Virus record (IMG/VR): IMGVR_UViG_3300027736_001324
Location: 199,710 to 263,709 of that record
Length of the DNA stretch: 64,000 bases
Direction: 5' to 3' (one strand)
Below, piece after piece: positions 1-9,436 of this stretch. The notes below the pieces were generated by a model. It had not been told where the DNA came from and ran no database searches. It saw nothing but the letters and a program-made list of their open reading frames with translations. Every line of letters begins with the position of its first letter. Positions within the stretch are counted from its first letter, which is position 1. A program made the position numbers and the translations under genes.

Positions 1-1
1 A

Positions 2-3000
2 GATGTTAAAGATATAACAATATCTGGCAGTAACGCAGCGTTTAGTTACACTAAGCATAGTGATTTGGATTTACATATATTAGTAGACATGGGTAACTTA
101 CCTGTAGATGAAGTATATAGAGAATTATTTACAGCAAAGAAAACAATATATAATGACACACATGACATAAGAATTCATACTATTCCAGTAGAATTATATG
201 TACAGGATAGTAGACAACCTGTAGTAAGTTTAGGTGAATATAGTGTAATGAACGACCAGTGGATAAGAATACCCACTAAGCGTAGAAGTGATTTTGACCA
301 AACCGCCACCAAAAGCAAATATGAAAAGTTATTAAGTTTAATAGAGATCGCCCTCAAGTCAAAGAAGTATAGCAAAGTAAAACATATAATAGACACAATC
401 AAAAGATATAGACAAGCAGGTTTAGATAAAGGTGGTGAGTTTGGTCCTGAGAATTTAGCATATAAGATGTTGCGTAGTCAGGGATATATTACGAAGTTAT
501 ATGATTTAAGAGACAAGTTACATAGTGAGAAGTTATCGTTTGAGACTATGTATCAGAATATAGATGAGAATGAAGAAACAAATCATTGGTACGATGCTGG
601 CGTGAAGGATGCTACTCGTGGTGCTAGACCTAATCCACGCACATATTTGCCAACACTTAAAGACAAGCAAGCAAAGCATCCAGAAGAAGTATATTTTTAT
701 ATGAATGGGTATAAAAGTGTTAAGCAAGGTGTGGCGGAAGGCTCCGAGAACAATAACCCAATAGCAAATAAAATATTCTTTGCTCGTAGTAATAAAACAC
801 CCAAAGGATGGAGTTATGACCATGTGGGGTTTATAACTCAAGATGGAAAACAAATTCAAATGAGTGGGCATAAAGGCAATGATGTATATGTCACTAACGA
901 TGTGACTGATGATCCGGAGTTTCCCAAACAAAATATCAAAATTGTATCATTATCAAAACCAGTATCGGTTCCTACAACTAACTCAGTAGAAGCAGAAAAT
1001 TGCGGAACATTTGTGGCAAATGTATTACGAGCCAATGGTATAAAAGATTTTGATACACAAAAACTATATAGTGTGTTCAAAAAGCCTCAAGAGCAAGGTG
1101 TGGCGGAAGATAAAGAAAATAACAATTCAAGATTAGATGAAATTTTATATAAGTTATGTAATATTGTTAAAAAAGAAATAAAAGAAAAGACAGGGGAACA
1201 CGCTGTTGCTGCTTGTATTATTGATCCTGATAACAGAATAGTAGCAAAAACAAGTAAAGACAAACACAGTAGATGGATTCATGCTGAACACAATGCCATT
1301 GATACATATGAAAAAAAGTATGGTGAAGTACCAGAAGGCAGTATTATAGTAACTACATTAAGCCCCTGCAATGAATATGATGATAGAACCTCCGATGAAA
1401 GATTTGGTGAAAGTTGTACAGATTACATAAACAGCAAAGGCATTAAAAAAGTCTATTGTGGATATATGGATCCTACACAAGATAATTATAACAGAGAATT
1501 TAATGTCATAGAAACTAGTGACACCGACCTTCGTAGGCAATGTAAACAGTTTGCTGATACTTTTTTGAAGAAAAATATAGATGAAGCGTTTGATACTCCA
1601 CTTCCAATAACATGGGAGAAAGGTATGCATGGTGATATTGATGCACTTGCTAAATTACCCGATGGATCAAATTTAAGCATTATGTTTAATAAACAAGATA
1701 ATATTAAACCTGATGACAAGACATGGATGGTTGAATTTTATAGAAACAACAGTCAAGAAGTAACAGGTGAGGGTGACGCACAAAAAGTATTTTCTACTGT
1801 GCTAGTTGCTATTCAACAATTCATTAAAAAATACAAACCACTAAAAATCTATTTCTCAGCAAGCAAAGAGATGGATCCGACTATAAATTACGGCCCAGAT
1901 GATGTTGTGCCTAATCCTGAAAGCCGTGCTAAGTTATATGATAGAATGGTACTGCGTTATGCTAAATCTTGGGGATATAAGTTTTTCCGTGCTGATAACG
2001 GTTCTTCTGTTATATATCAATTGTCAAGAATACCAAAACAAACGGCTGTGGGTGAAGATTACACCATGCAATTTGCTGCTGAAAAAACTCCACCAGTAAG
2101 TCCCTATGCCGGCGTTAAAGATAATCAATATCGTGGTGGAATAAGTGAAGCCTCTGGTAAAAAAATCAGTTTCAAAGTACAAAAAGGCAATGGAAAATTC
2201 TCTACCACTTTAACTGTTAACAATACACCAGCTGGAATATATCAATATGACAGTAACACTGGGCGTAGCATTGCTGAAGTTTATCCAGAATTCAAAGGAA
2301 AAGGACTAGGTAAATTATTAGTTTTACATGCTATCTACACCGCAGCAAAATTAGGATTAGATTTCCAAGAAGATGAATCAAGAACCAGTGCTTATGATAA
2401 TGTGTTAGATAGTTTAAGCAGCAACGGTTATATTGTAGATGATGATGGATATTGGTATGTTACAGGTGACGGGGAGCAATATCTAAAACAAGCATTGAAC
2501 GAAGCAAGTGGGTATATCCCAAGCGAAAAAACTCCTGCAATAAATCCATACGGCGGTCTTAAAGATAACCAATTTCGTGGTGGGATAAGTGAAGCAGTTT
2601 CTCCTAAATATGTAACTAGAGTTGATATGACACCCATTAAAGATTTTGAATCTGGTATGAAAACATATTATGGAACAGATGATTGGCATGAAAGCGGGTT
2701 AGAAAAGAAAGATAACTTCACACAAGAAATGAAGGGTTTATATGCAGGTGAACCACATCGTACAGCATTATATGCTAGTGGCAATGCAAGTAAAACTAGA
2801 TTCTTAGAATTGAATGATCCTAAAACAGGTCAACCTGTCGTATATTTTGATAAGAAAGATATCCCTAGAATTCGCAACACAAAGACATATGTTAGTGTGT
2901 TTGATGCTAGTAGATTTAAAAAGTTACCAACAGGGGAATACTTTAGTGAGAACCCTGGTAAACCATTGAAACAAGAAGAAATAACCGATCCTTTCAAGTA

Positions 3001-3292
3001 TATGACGAACAATGGTTGGGTAGTAAGAGTAACTGATGATATTCAAAAAGAATTCAAAAAGGCACAACAACTACATAAAGCAGGCAAGATAGACCATTAT
3101 GGTGGTGAAAACTTGACGGAAGCAAGTGGGTATATCCCAAGCGAAAAACAAAAGAATGATCCTAGATATAGCACCGCACTAACAATAGATGTACACCCAG
3201 ATTCTATAAAAAAGAACGCAAAAGCCTTCTATTGGAACACCAGTAGAGCAGGAATCCCCCCAACTGCTAAAGCAAACGGCAAAATCTATTAA
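2..3292 (+). CDS. 5'-truncated modular polyprotein: Pol-beta-type nucleotidyltransferase, permuted papain/NlpC-P60-like module, CDA-fold Zn deaminase, unknown phage domain, GNAT acetyltransferase, unknown module
   Basis: Frame is open from nt 2 (DVKDITISGSNAAFSYTKHSDLDLH = GS..DxD NTase motif). DHVGF...NCGTFVANVL (740-1093); HAEH...LSPC...SC (1109-1585); VYPEFKGKGLGKLL GNAT motif A (2150-2503). Modules are bounded by QGVAE/IDE/VGE/ISE/LNE/LTE. Confidence 0.85.
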   Translation, partial: DVKDITISGSNAAFSYTKHSDLDLHILVDMGNLPVDEVYRELFTAKKTIYNDTHDIRIHTIPVELYVQDSRQPVVSLGEYSVMNDQWIRIPTKRRSDFDQTATKSKYEKLLSLIEIALKSKKYSKVKHIIDTIKRYRQAGLDKGGEFGPENLAYKMLRSQGYITKLYDLRDKLHSEKLSFETMYQNIDENEETNHWYDAGVKDATRGARPNPRTYLPTLKDKQAKHPEEVYFYMNGYKSVKQGVAEGSENNNPIANKIFFARSNKTPKGWSYDHVGFITQDGKQIQMSGHKGNDVYVTNDVTDDPEFPKQNIKIVSLSKPVSVPTTNSVEAENCGTFVANVLRANGIKDFDTQKLYSVFKKPQEQGVAEDKENNNSRLDEILYKLCNIVKKEIKEKTGEHAVAACIIDPDNRIVAKTSKDKHSRWIHAEHNAIDTYEKKYGEVPEGSIIVTTLSPCNEYDDRTSDERFGESCTDYINSKGIKKVYCGYMDPTQDNYNREFNVIETSDTDLRRQCKQFADTFLKKNIDEAFDTPLPITWEKGMHGDIDALAKLPDGSNLSIMFNKQDNIKPDDKTWMVEFYRNNSQEVTGEGDAQKVFSTVLVAIQQFIKKYKPLKIYFSASKEMDPTINYGPDDVVPNPESRAKLYDRMVLRYAKSWGYKFFRADNGSSVIYQLSRIPKQTAVGEDYTMQFAAEKTPPVSPYAGVKDNQYRGGISEASGKKISFKVQKGNGKFSTTLTVNNTPAGIYQYDSNTGRSIAEVYPEFKGKGLGKLLVLHAIYTAAKLGLDFQEDESRTSAYDNVLDSLSSNGYIVDDDGYWYVTGDGEQYLKQALNEASGYIPSEKTPAINPYGGLKDNQFRGGISEAVSPKYVTRVDMTPIKDFESGMKTYYGTDDWHESGLEKKDNFTQEMKGLYAGEPHRTALYASGNASKTRFLELNDPKTGQPVVYFDKKDIPRIRNTKTYVSVFDASRFKKLPTGEYFSENPGKPLKQEEITDPFKYMTNNGWVVRVTDDIQKEFKKAQQLHKAGKIDHYGGENLTEASGYIPSEKQKNDPRYSTALTIDVHPDSIKKNAKAFYWNTSRAGIPPTAKANGKIY
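2081..3148 (+). repeat. Intragenic direct repeats flanking inserted modules
   Basis: Exact 30-bp repeat gaagcaagtgggtatatcccaagcgaaaaa at 2501-2530 and 3119-3148; diverged ~70-bp repeat (EKTP..PY.G.KDNQ.RGGISEA) at 2081-2151 and 2525-2596. Confidence 0.9.
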
Positions 3293-3344
3293 GTTTCCAT
3301 ATTGTGGTATTTTGATAAATACTCTATAACTTTGGGAAACCGTC

Positions 3345-4907
3345 ATGAGATTTAAGCAAATAGTAGAAAATTCAACAACAGCAGGATCAGTCGCAACCGT
3401 AGCACAGCCTATGATGACTCAAACCCGTGAAAGTGTAGATGTCAAGGGACTAAAGCCCGTAAAACAATTAATGAAGGGCACTAAAAAGAAAGGTCCCTAC
3501 GCTAATAGTATTGTTGAAGGAAAAGTTAAAGAACTTATCAGCGATTTAAAAAACTTAACTTCTTATGATTTTGAAAAGAAACACAAACAATCTAAGGCTG
3601 ACGTTAGAGCCGACATGAAGAAAGTCACCGAAGATGATCTTTCAGAACAAGACTTAATCGTTATCCCAGGACAAGGTAGACTAAGAGGTACTGGATTTAC
3701 AAAGCATGACCCTGATCGTGCTGAACATGAAGGTCAAACACTAAAGAATAGTTTACACACTATCATTCGTTTAGCAACTCATTTAGACAAAGAATTAACA
3801 GTAAGAGATAACTTCCCAGAATGGGTGTCAGAGAAAGTCGGTTCAATCAAGGGTGACATGCTTTCTGTAATGAACTATATAATCAGCAGCCAAGAAATGC
3901 GACATGATCCAGATACTATAAATGAACTCAGTTCTGCTCTGTTACAAACAGCCGCACAAGCTGCTACAGACAAACGTAATCAAGCAATGGATCCCGAGTT
4001 ACATAATGCATTAGGTGGCGGCTATATGAATCCATTAGCAAAACATTATGATAATGTATCACAAAAAATGGACAATAGGGCAGCACAAGTAAAAAGAAAA
4101 GAAACGATACAAAATATCGCTTCTAAAATCGCTTCTCCGGCGGTGATGCGTAAGATGGGTATGAATGAAGGCTCACAACGAGTTGATTCAATTGTTACTG
4201 ACGCATTACGAGTAATGAAGGGTCCAGAAGTAAGTGATGCTGTACTAGCATTAAAGAGAGTATTAGGCGACAGAGCATATAATGAGCGCCGCGGCTTTTA
4301 TAGTTTCTATGTTGATCAAATACATGATATGTACGGTCAGCAAGGCGTGGCGGAAGGCGAGTTAGAAGAAGATTTAAGCCGTAGAGGATTTTTAAGAGGC
4401 TTGGGCGCGGCAACGTTAGGTGCTACAGCATTAGGTGCTGCAAGTAAAGCACAGGCAAGTCAAGATTTAGGAAACGGATTTGTTTTAACCACTGTTGACG
4501 TTTTTGGTGGAAAATTTAAAGCAGTATTAGATACACAATCTGATATACATTATTTGCCAAATCGTCACGAAGGCGGTGGCGCTATTGTTAGAAGCATGGC
4601 TCCTTTTATTATGATAAAGAACGGTCAGACAAACACTGCTATGAATGTTGGGCCAGCTGTTCAGGCTGCATTAAAGAAAGCTGGACTATTGAAAGGTGTA
4701 GAAGAAGGTGTTAAAGAAGGCAAAATTGACTTTGCTAAGAAATTACAAAAGAATGTAGATAATCATAACAAAGCTGTAGTACAAACTAAAAAAGCTGTAG
4801 GTAGCAGAATTTCTGACATTGGCGCCGGCGGCAAAGAATACAATGTAAAGACTGATGCTGCATGGGATGCTGCTAAGAAAAAAGTTAGTGAAGGTTTAAG
4901 GAAATAA
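3345..4907 (+). CDS. Probable virion-internal polyprotein with an internal twin-arginine signal-like segment
   Basis: 520 aa. N-terminus MRFKQIVE; GATAAATA late-type promoter at 3314-3321; QGVAEG linker followed by LEE-DLSRRGFLRG...KAQA. Confidence 0.75.
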   Translation: MRFKQIVENSTTAGSVATVAQPMMTQTRESVDVKGLKPVKQLMKGTKKKGPYANSIVEGKVKELISDLKNLTSYDFEKKHKQSKADVRADMKKVTEDDLSEQDLIVIPGQGRLRGTGFTKHDPDRAEHEGQTLKNSLHTIIRLATHLDKELTVRDNFPEWVSEKVGSIKGDMLSVMNYIISSQEMRHDPDTINELSSALLQTAAQAATDKRNQAMDPELHNALGGGYMNPLAKHYDNVSQKMDNRAAQVKRKETIQNIASKIASPAVMRKMGMNEGSQRVDSIVTDALRVMKGPEVSDAVLALKRVLGDRAYNERRGFYSFYVDQIHDMYGQQGVAEGELEEDLSRRGFLRGLGAATLGATALGAASKAQASQDLGNGFVLTTVDVFGGKFKAVLDTQSDIHYLPNRHEGGGAIVRSMAPFIMIKNGQTNTAMNVGPAVQAALKKAGLLKGVEEGVKEGKIDFAKKLQKNVDNHNKAVVQTKKAVGSRISDIGAGGKEYNVKTDAAWDAAKKKVSEGLRK

Positions 4908-4908
4908 T

Positions 4909-7584
4909 ATGAAAACAAATGAATTTTTAACAGAATTATCTAACGACAAGTTAGGAAAGTACAAAACCGCTGCAGGAAAAGATGCTACTGCTGCTGATAA
5001 AGCTGGTAATTTTAAGCGCGGCAATAAGCGTATGAGTGGCATTACCAATGCAACTAAAAAAGAATTTGCAAATGATGCTAAAAAGGTATCAGAAAGTAAG
5101 CAATTTGTTTTAAATGAATCTTTATTAATGGAAGATCCCATTTATCGTCAATTTAAAAGTGTAAGTAAGTATATTGCTGAACGTAGACTTAGCAAACAAG
5201 AAATCTATCAAATATTTGCTGATGCTGAAACCGGCATGACAAGTAAAGATACTGGTGCTAATCGTACAATGCTTGGCCGTGGTAAAGATGTAACAGGTAA
5301 AGCAGTTACCAGTGTTAAAGATGCTGTATCAGGTGTTTTAAACTCTATACAATCTTCTGCTCCAGTAGCAGCCGTTGATGTTGCATATGATCAAGCTACA
5401 GCTGCCTTAGGAAAATTAACCGGCGGAGATAAAAGCAAGATAATGAAATCTATCATTGGATATCGTAATCTTGCTAAACAATATCCTAAAACAGCAGGAT
5501 TTGCTAAAGCAGCATTGGTTGCTGCTGTAGGACTTGCTACCGGTGGAGCAGGACTACCTGCTATTGCAGGTTTAACTTATGCACTTGATTCTGCAATTAG
5601 AGGCGATAAGTTATCAAGTGTAATTGGTAAGGGTGCCGGCGCTGCTGCGTTAGCATACGGTGGACAAGCTGCGGCACAATATGCTCAAGGTGGCGCTGAT
5701 ATTCCAGGAGCAAATCCACATCAACTTGATCCGTCACAAATGCAACAAGGCCCAGGTGGTGGAGGAGGTGGCGGTGCAGGTGGTGCTGATATTCCTGGAG
5801 CAAATCCACATCAATTAGATCCATCACAAATGCAATCAGGATCCGGTGGTGCTGATATTCCTGGAGCGAACCCGCATCAATTAGATCCGTCACAAATGCA
5901 ACAAGCAGCAGGCGGTTATAAGGAAGTAATAAAGACAGTAGCAAAAGGAGATACATTAAGTAATATTGCTCAACAATACGAAACTAGTGTTGAAGCATTA
6001 ATGAGAGCAAATCCTCAAATAACAAATCCCGATGCTTTAGCAATAGGAACTAAACTTAATATACCTCCAGTAAATGCTGATACTTATCTGCAAGGTGTAG
6101 GTACTGCTGCTGATACTGCTGCCAAAACTGCGTCTGGCGCATATGATAGTGTACCGGCTGCATTAGGTAAACAAGCAGCAGCCAATCGTGCCGGTGTTAC
6201 TGAAAGTATTTGGAAAAATCATTCTCCTAAACTAGATAAAAACATTATAGAATCTATTAATTTTAAAAAGTTATCAGCATATGATTTAATAGACAAGAAA
6301 ACTACTGCGTTCAACTGGGCATTAAATGAAAGTATTGGTAATAAAAATAGAAATATAAATTTAACTACAGTAGGGGTATATACTATATTTGAAAATGTTG
6401 ACCGTTACCGTCTTGCTGTAATGGAAGTAGCAGGAGTTCCGGGCAGCACTCGTCCAGAGCAGTATCGTCCAGATGAGCCGGAAGGTAAAGGTAAGGAAAG
6501 CAAACCAGGTTTAATTGGTAGAGGACTTAATTGGTTAGACAAAACTGCCGGCAAAGTAGGCGGCGCATTAAGTAATTTTGGACATCAGTTCACTACAAAC
6601 GTTACAAAAGAAAAACTAAAAATGAATTGGACTCAAAAAGGTGAGCCAAGTGATTCAGATGAAGTAGCGGCTTTTATGAAAAGTCAAGGTGTACCAGAAG
6701 ATGTAATTTCAACAGTATACACAAAGATGGGTCTACCTTTTACTATGACTCCCGCTGCAGCCGCAACTGCCCCGGCGGCAAACACAGGATCAACAAGTGC
6801 TAATACTAGTGGTGCTGGTGCAGGCGCATTTAGTTCAATGGCAAATCAATTACCTAAATCAACTAATACATCATCTACTGGCGGCACAACTACAAATACA
6901 TCAACTGGATTAACACATACAAGCAAAGCAGTTGCACCAACATCAGGTGGTGCAGGTGGGACAAGTAGTGTAGGCGGTATGTCACAACCATCACAGCCTA
7001 ATAGTCCTAGTCAACAACAAGCAGTGGCTCGCACAGTAAGACAACAGATTGATGACATTATGCATACCATAATGACTCAACATAATGACGACCAACCATC
7101 ATTAGTAAAATATTTGCGCCAACGTCTTGATAGTAGTTTTCCCGGTGATGCTACAAACGCAGCAGCACCAAAAAGAGCAGCACCTAAAAAAGCAGCACCT
7201 AAAAAAGCAGCGCCCAAAACAGCAGCACCTAAAGGCAAAAAACCTGACAACACAGTAGCGATGCCAAAACGTGAAAAATTCCGTATAGGCAAAGACGAAA
7301 TCAAACCCGATAATCCCATGTATGATAAAATTAAGGCCGCTAGCGGGACAAATGAATCATTAGGATTAAACTATCCAGAAACATATGAACAAACTAATGA
7401 TAAATTTAAAAGCAAAGGTCAACGTAGAGTTGCTGCACTAACCAATGAAGAAGAAAAACAACGTTTAGATCCTAAATGCTGGACTGGTTATAAAAAGCAA
7501 GGCACTAAGATGAAGGGTGGTACTAGAGTTAATAACTGTGTCCCAATAAAAGAATCAGCAATATTACAAGGCTTAAGAGGATAA
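4909..7584 (+). CDS. LysM-domain, low-complexity virion-associated protein
   Basis: 891 aa. N-terminus MKTNEFLTE; LysM (VAKGDTLSNIAQQYETSVEALMRANPQITNPDALAIGTKLNIP); Gly/Ala hydrophobic stretch; C-terminal CWTGY...NCVP motif. Confidence 0.8.
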   Translation: MKTNEFLTELSNDKLGKYKTAAGKDATAADKAGNFKRGNKRMSGITNATKKEFANDAKKVSESKQFVLNESLLMEDPIYRQFKSVSKYIAERRLSKQEIYQIFADAETGMTSKDTGANRTMLGRGKDVTGKAVTSVKDAVSGVLNSIQSSAPVAAVDVAYDQATAALGKLTGGDKSKIMKSIIGYRNLAKQYPKTAGFAKAALVAAVGLATGGAGLPAIAGLTYALDSAIRGDKLSSVIGKGAGAAALAYGGQAAAQYAQGGADIPGANPHQLDPSQMQQGPGGGGGGGAGGADIPGANPHQLDPSQMQSGSGGADIPGANPHQLDPSQMQQAAGGYKEVIKTVAKGDTLSNIAQQYETSVEALMRANPQITNPDALAIGTKLNIPPVNADTYLQGVGTAADTAAKTASGAYDSVPAALGKQAAANRAGVTESIWKNHSPKLDKNIIESINFKKLSAYDLIDKKTTAFNWALNESIGNKNRNINLTTVGVYTIFENVDRYRLAVMEVAGVPGSTRPEQYRPDEPEGKGKESKPGLIGRGLNWLDKTAGKVGGALSNFGHQFTTNVTKEKLKMNWTQKGEPSDSDEVAAFMKSQGVPEDVISTVYTKMGLPFTMTPAAAATAPAANTGSTSANTSGAGAGAFSSMANQLPKSTNTSSTGGTTTNTSTGLTHTSKAVAPTSGGAGGTSSVGGMSQPSQPNSPSQQQAVARTVRQQIDDIMHTIMTQHNDDQPSLVKYLRQRLDSSFPGDATNAAAPKRAAPKKAAPKKAAPKTAAPKGKKPDNTVAMPKREKFRIGKDEIKPDNPMYDKIKAASGTNESLGLNYPETYEQTNDKFKSKGQRRVAALTNEEEKQRLDPKCWTGYKKQGTKMKGGTRVNNCVPIKESAILQGLRG
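5689..5901 (+). repeat. Three 57-bp intragenic repeats encoding GGADIPGANPHQLDPSQMQ
   Basis: Copies start at 5689, 5779 and 5845, with synonymous third-position differences and Gly-rich spacers. Confidence 0.95.
7162..7233 (+). repeat. 15-bp tandem repeat encoding AAPKK/AAPKR/AAPKT
   Basis: gcagcacc(a/t)aaaa.. units repeated about 5 times; histone-H1-like basic tract. Confidence 0.9.
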
Positions 7585-7586
7585 TT

Positions 7587-8027
7587 ATGTTAACAGAAGA
7601 TTTAAAAGTGTTATTGGCAAGTGTTAACTCATTATCCATCAAAGCACAAAACTTTCATTGGAATGTAGAGGGAGATAACTTCCCTCAATATCACGAATTC
7701 TTTGGCAACTTCTATGAAGAAATATACAGTTCAGTAGATAAAATTGCTGAATACATTCGTACATTAGACAGTTATAGTCCTGGCAGCTTAACACGCTATG
7801 CTGAATTAACTATCATTCAAGATCAACTTAAGATTCCACGTGCTGAATTAATGTTTGCTGAATTGTATGAAGATAATGCTAGAATGATTGATTTGCTTAA
7901 TCATTGCTTTGCTTCTGCTACACAAGAAAATAAACAAGGTATCGCTAACTTTATTGCTGAAAGGTTAGATGCTCACGAAAAACATCAATGGATGGTTCGT
8001 AGTGTTCTAAAGAAAGCCCGTGCATAA
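7587..8027 (+). CDS. dps: Dps/ferritin-like DNA protection protein
   Basis: NFHWNVEG.NF..YHEFF...YEE....D.IAE ferroxidase signature; 146 aa. Confidence 0.93.
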   Translation: MLTEDLKVLLASVNSLSIKAQNFHWNVEGDNFPQYHEFFGNFYEEIYSSVDKIAEYIRTLDSYSPGSLTRYAELTIIQDQLKIPRAELMFAELYEDNARMIDLLNHCFASATQENKQGIANFIAERLDAHEKHQWMVRSVLKKARA

Positions 8028-8581
8028 TGAGAGCAAGAGAGTTTTTATCTGAGTCCTATCGCTCGGGTATAAATGAAGAACTCAGGGTCGATGTGCCTAA
8101 CGAAGAATGGTTACAAGACGCAATTGACTATGCTAAAAGTAAAAGTCCCGATCGCAATGGTCTACCTTACATGGGAAAGACCACTGCTACAGTTAGGAAC
8201 GTTGTGGTTCCGGTCAGCATATTAAGACGGATACCAGGCATGCGTCAAGAGCAATCAAAGGTAAGACACCACGATCTTGCTGCTATTAGAAAAATTATGC
8301 ACACTACAGGTAAACTGCCATTACACGGACATACTGGACAAGAATATAAACCTTTTATTAATGTAGCATATGATGGTAGTGCTTGGGTCAATGAAGGTAA
8401 TCATAGGATCATGGCTGCGGCCGAACTTGGTTGGGAGTCATTGCCAGTGGAAATTTCATACTTTGACGGCGGTGAAAGAATCAAGTCAGGTCCAATGTAT
8501 CCGGGTAAGATTGGGCTTGCAGAAGCAATGGATCAAGGAACTAGATGGACCGGTGATGAACCATATAGACAAACGGATTAA
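8027..8581 (+). CDS. ParB/Sulfiredoxin-like domain protein with capsid-targeting-like N-terminus
   Basis: MRAREFLSE start; VNEGNHRIMAAAELGWESLPVEI motif. Confidence 0.75.
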   Translation: MRAREFLSESYRSGINEELRVDVPNEEWLQDAIDYAKSKSPDRNGLPYMGKTTATVRNVVVPVSILRRIPGMRQEQSKVRHHDLAAIRKIMHTTGKLPLHGHTGQEYKPFINVAYDGSAWVNEGNHRIMAAAELGWESLPVEISYFDGGERIKSGPMYPGKIGLAEAMDQGTRWTGDEPYRQTD

Positions 8582-8587
8582 ACCTAC

Positions 8588-9403
8588 ATGAAAAAATTAT
8601 TAGCATTAACATTACTCGCAGTATCATTTACCGCATCAGCTTGGACACAACGAGCACCAAATCCACCTCAACAATGTCAAGTACACGCCCCATATGGATT
8701 CCCTCAAACGGCATTAGCGGTACAGCCCATTTGTCGTCAAGCATATCTAGTTGGTTATGATCCTGTCGCAAAATTACCAAAGTATGTAACATATGAACTT
8801 CTTCCGCAAAACGCACTAGGATGCGTGGGTAGAACAAATGCTTTTGCTGCTGATCAATCTATACCAAACGGACCTAAACCAGATGACTATGCGGGAACAG
8901 GCTACGATAAAGGACATATGAGCCCAGACGGTGATCTATCTTGGGATGTTCAAGTTGAGTTTGAAAGTTTCTTAATGACTAATATGGCTCCGCAAGCTGG
9001 TTCATTGAATCGTGGCATATGGAAATTGTTAGAAACAAGTGTGCGTGGTTGGGCAGTTCAACGCAATCAAAGTTACACAGTTTATGTTGGTGGAGTATAT
9101 AATGCACAAGATAAGAAAATCGGCAACGGTGTTGTTGTTCCGCATGGTTATTATAAAATTGTTATCAATAATCAAACTAAAGAAATAGCAGGATGGGCAT
9201 TCCCCCATGTTGCTCCTTATCCTAACTTAGGCAATGATTTATCTAAGTTTAGATTATCCGTAGTGCAGATTCAACAAGTAGCAGGTGTACATTTTGGATT
9301 CCCTCAGGGTGCTAAAGAATTGTCTCCGGGCCAAGAATGGCCAGTTGACTTTGGTGCTCTTACAAAAGCTAAGAGAGCCAAGTGTGGTAAGGATGATGAT
9401 TAA
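8588..9403 (+). CDS. Secreted DNA/RNA non-specific endonuclease (NucA/EndA-type His-Me finger)
   Basis: Signal peptide MKKLLALTLLAVSFTASA; YDKGHM, NMAPQ..LNRGIWK.LE motifs. Confidence 0.92.
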   Translation: MKKLLALTLLAVSFTASAWTQRAPNPPQQCQVHAPYGFPQTALAVQPICRQAYLVGYDPVAKLPKYVTYELLPQNALGCVGRTNAFAADQSIPNGPKPDDYAGTGYDKGHMSPDGDLSWDVQVEFESFLMTNMAPQAGSLNRGIWKLLETSVRGWAVQRNQSYTVYVGGVYNAQDKKIGNGVVVPHGYYKIVINNQTKEIAGWAFPHVAPYPNLGNDLSKFRLSVVQIQQVAGVHFGFPQGAKELSPGQEWPVDFGALTKAKRAKCGKDDD

Positions 9404-9436
9404 TATTAACACCAATATATCATACTAAATATCAGT

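Noticed and set aside
5689-5901. Triple repeat as a DGR template/variable repeat pair
   Set aside because: Differences are synonymous and not adenine-specific, and there is no reverse transcriptase in the window.
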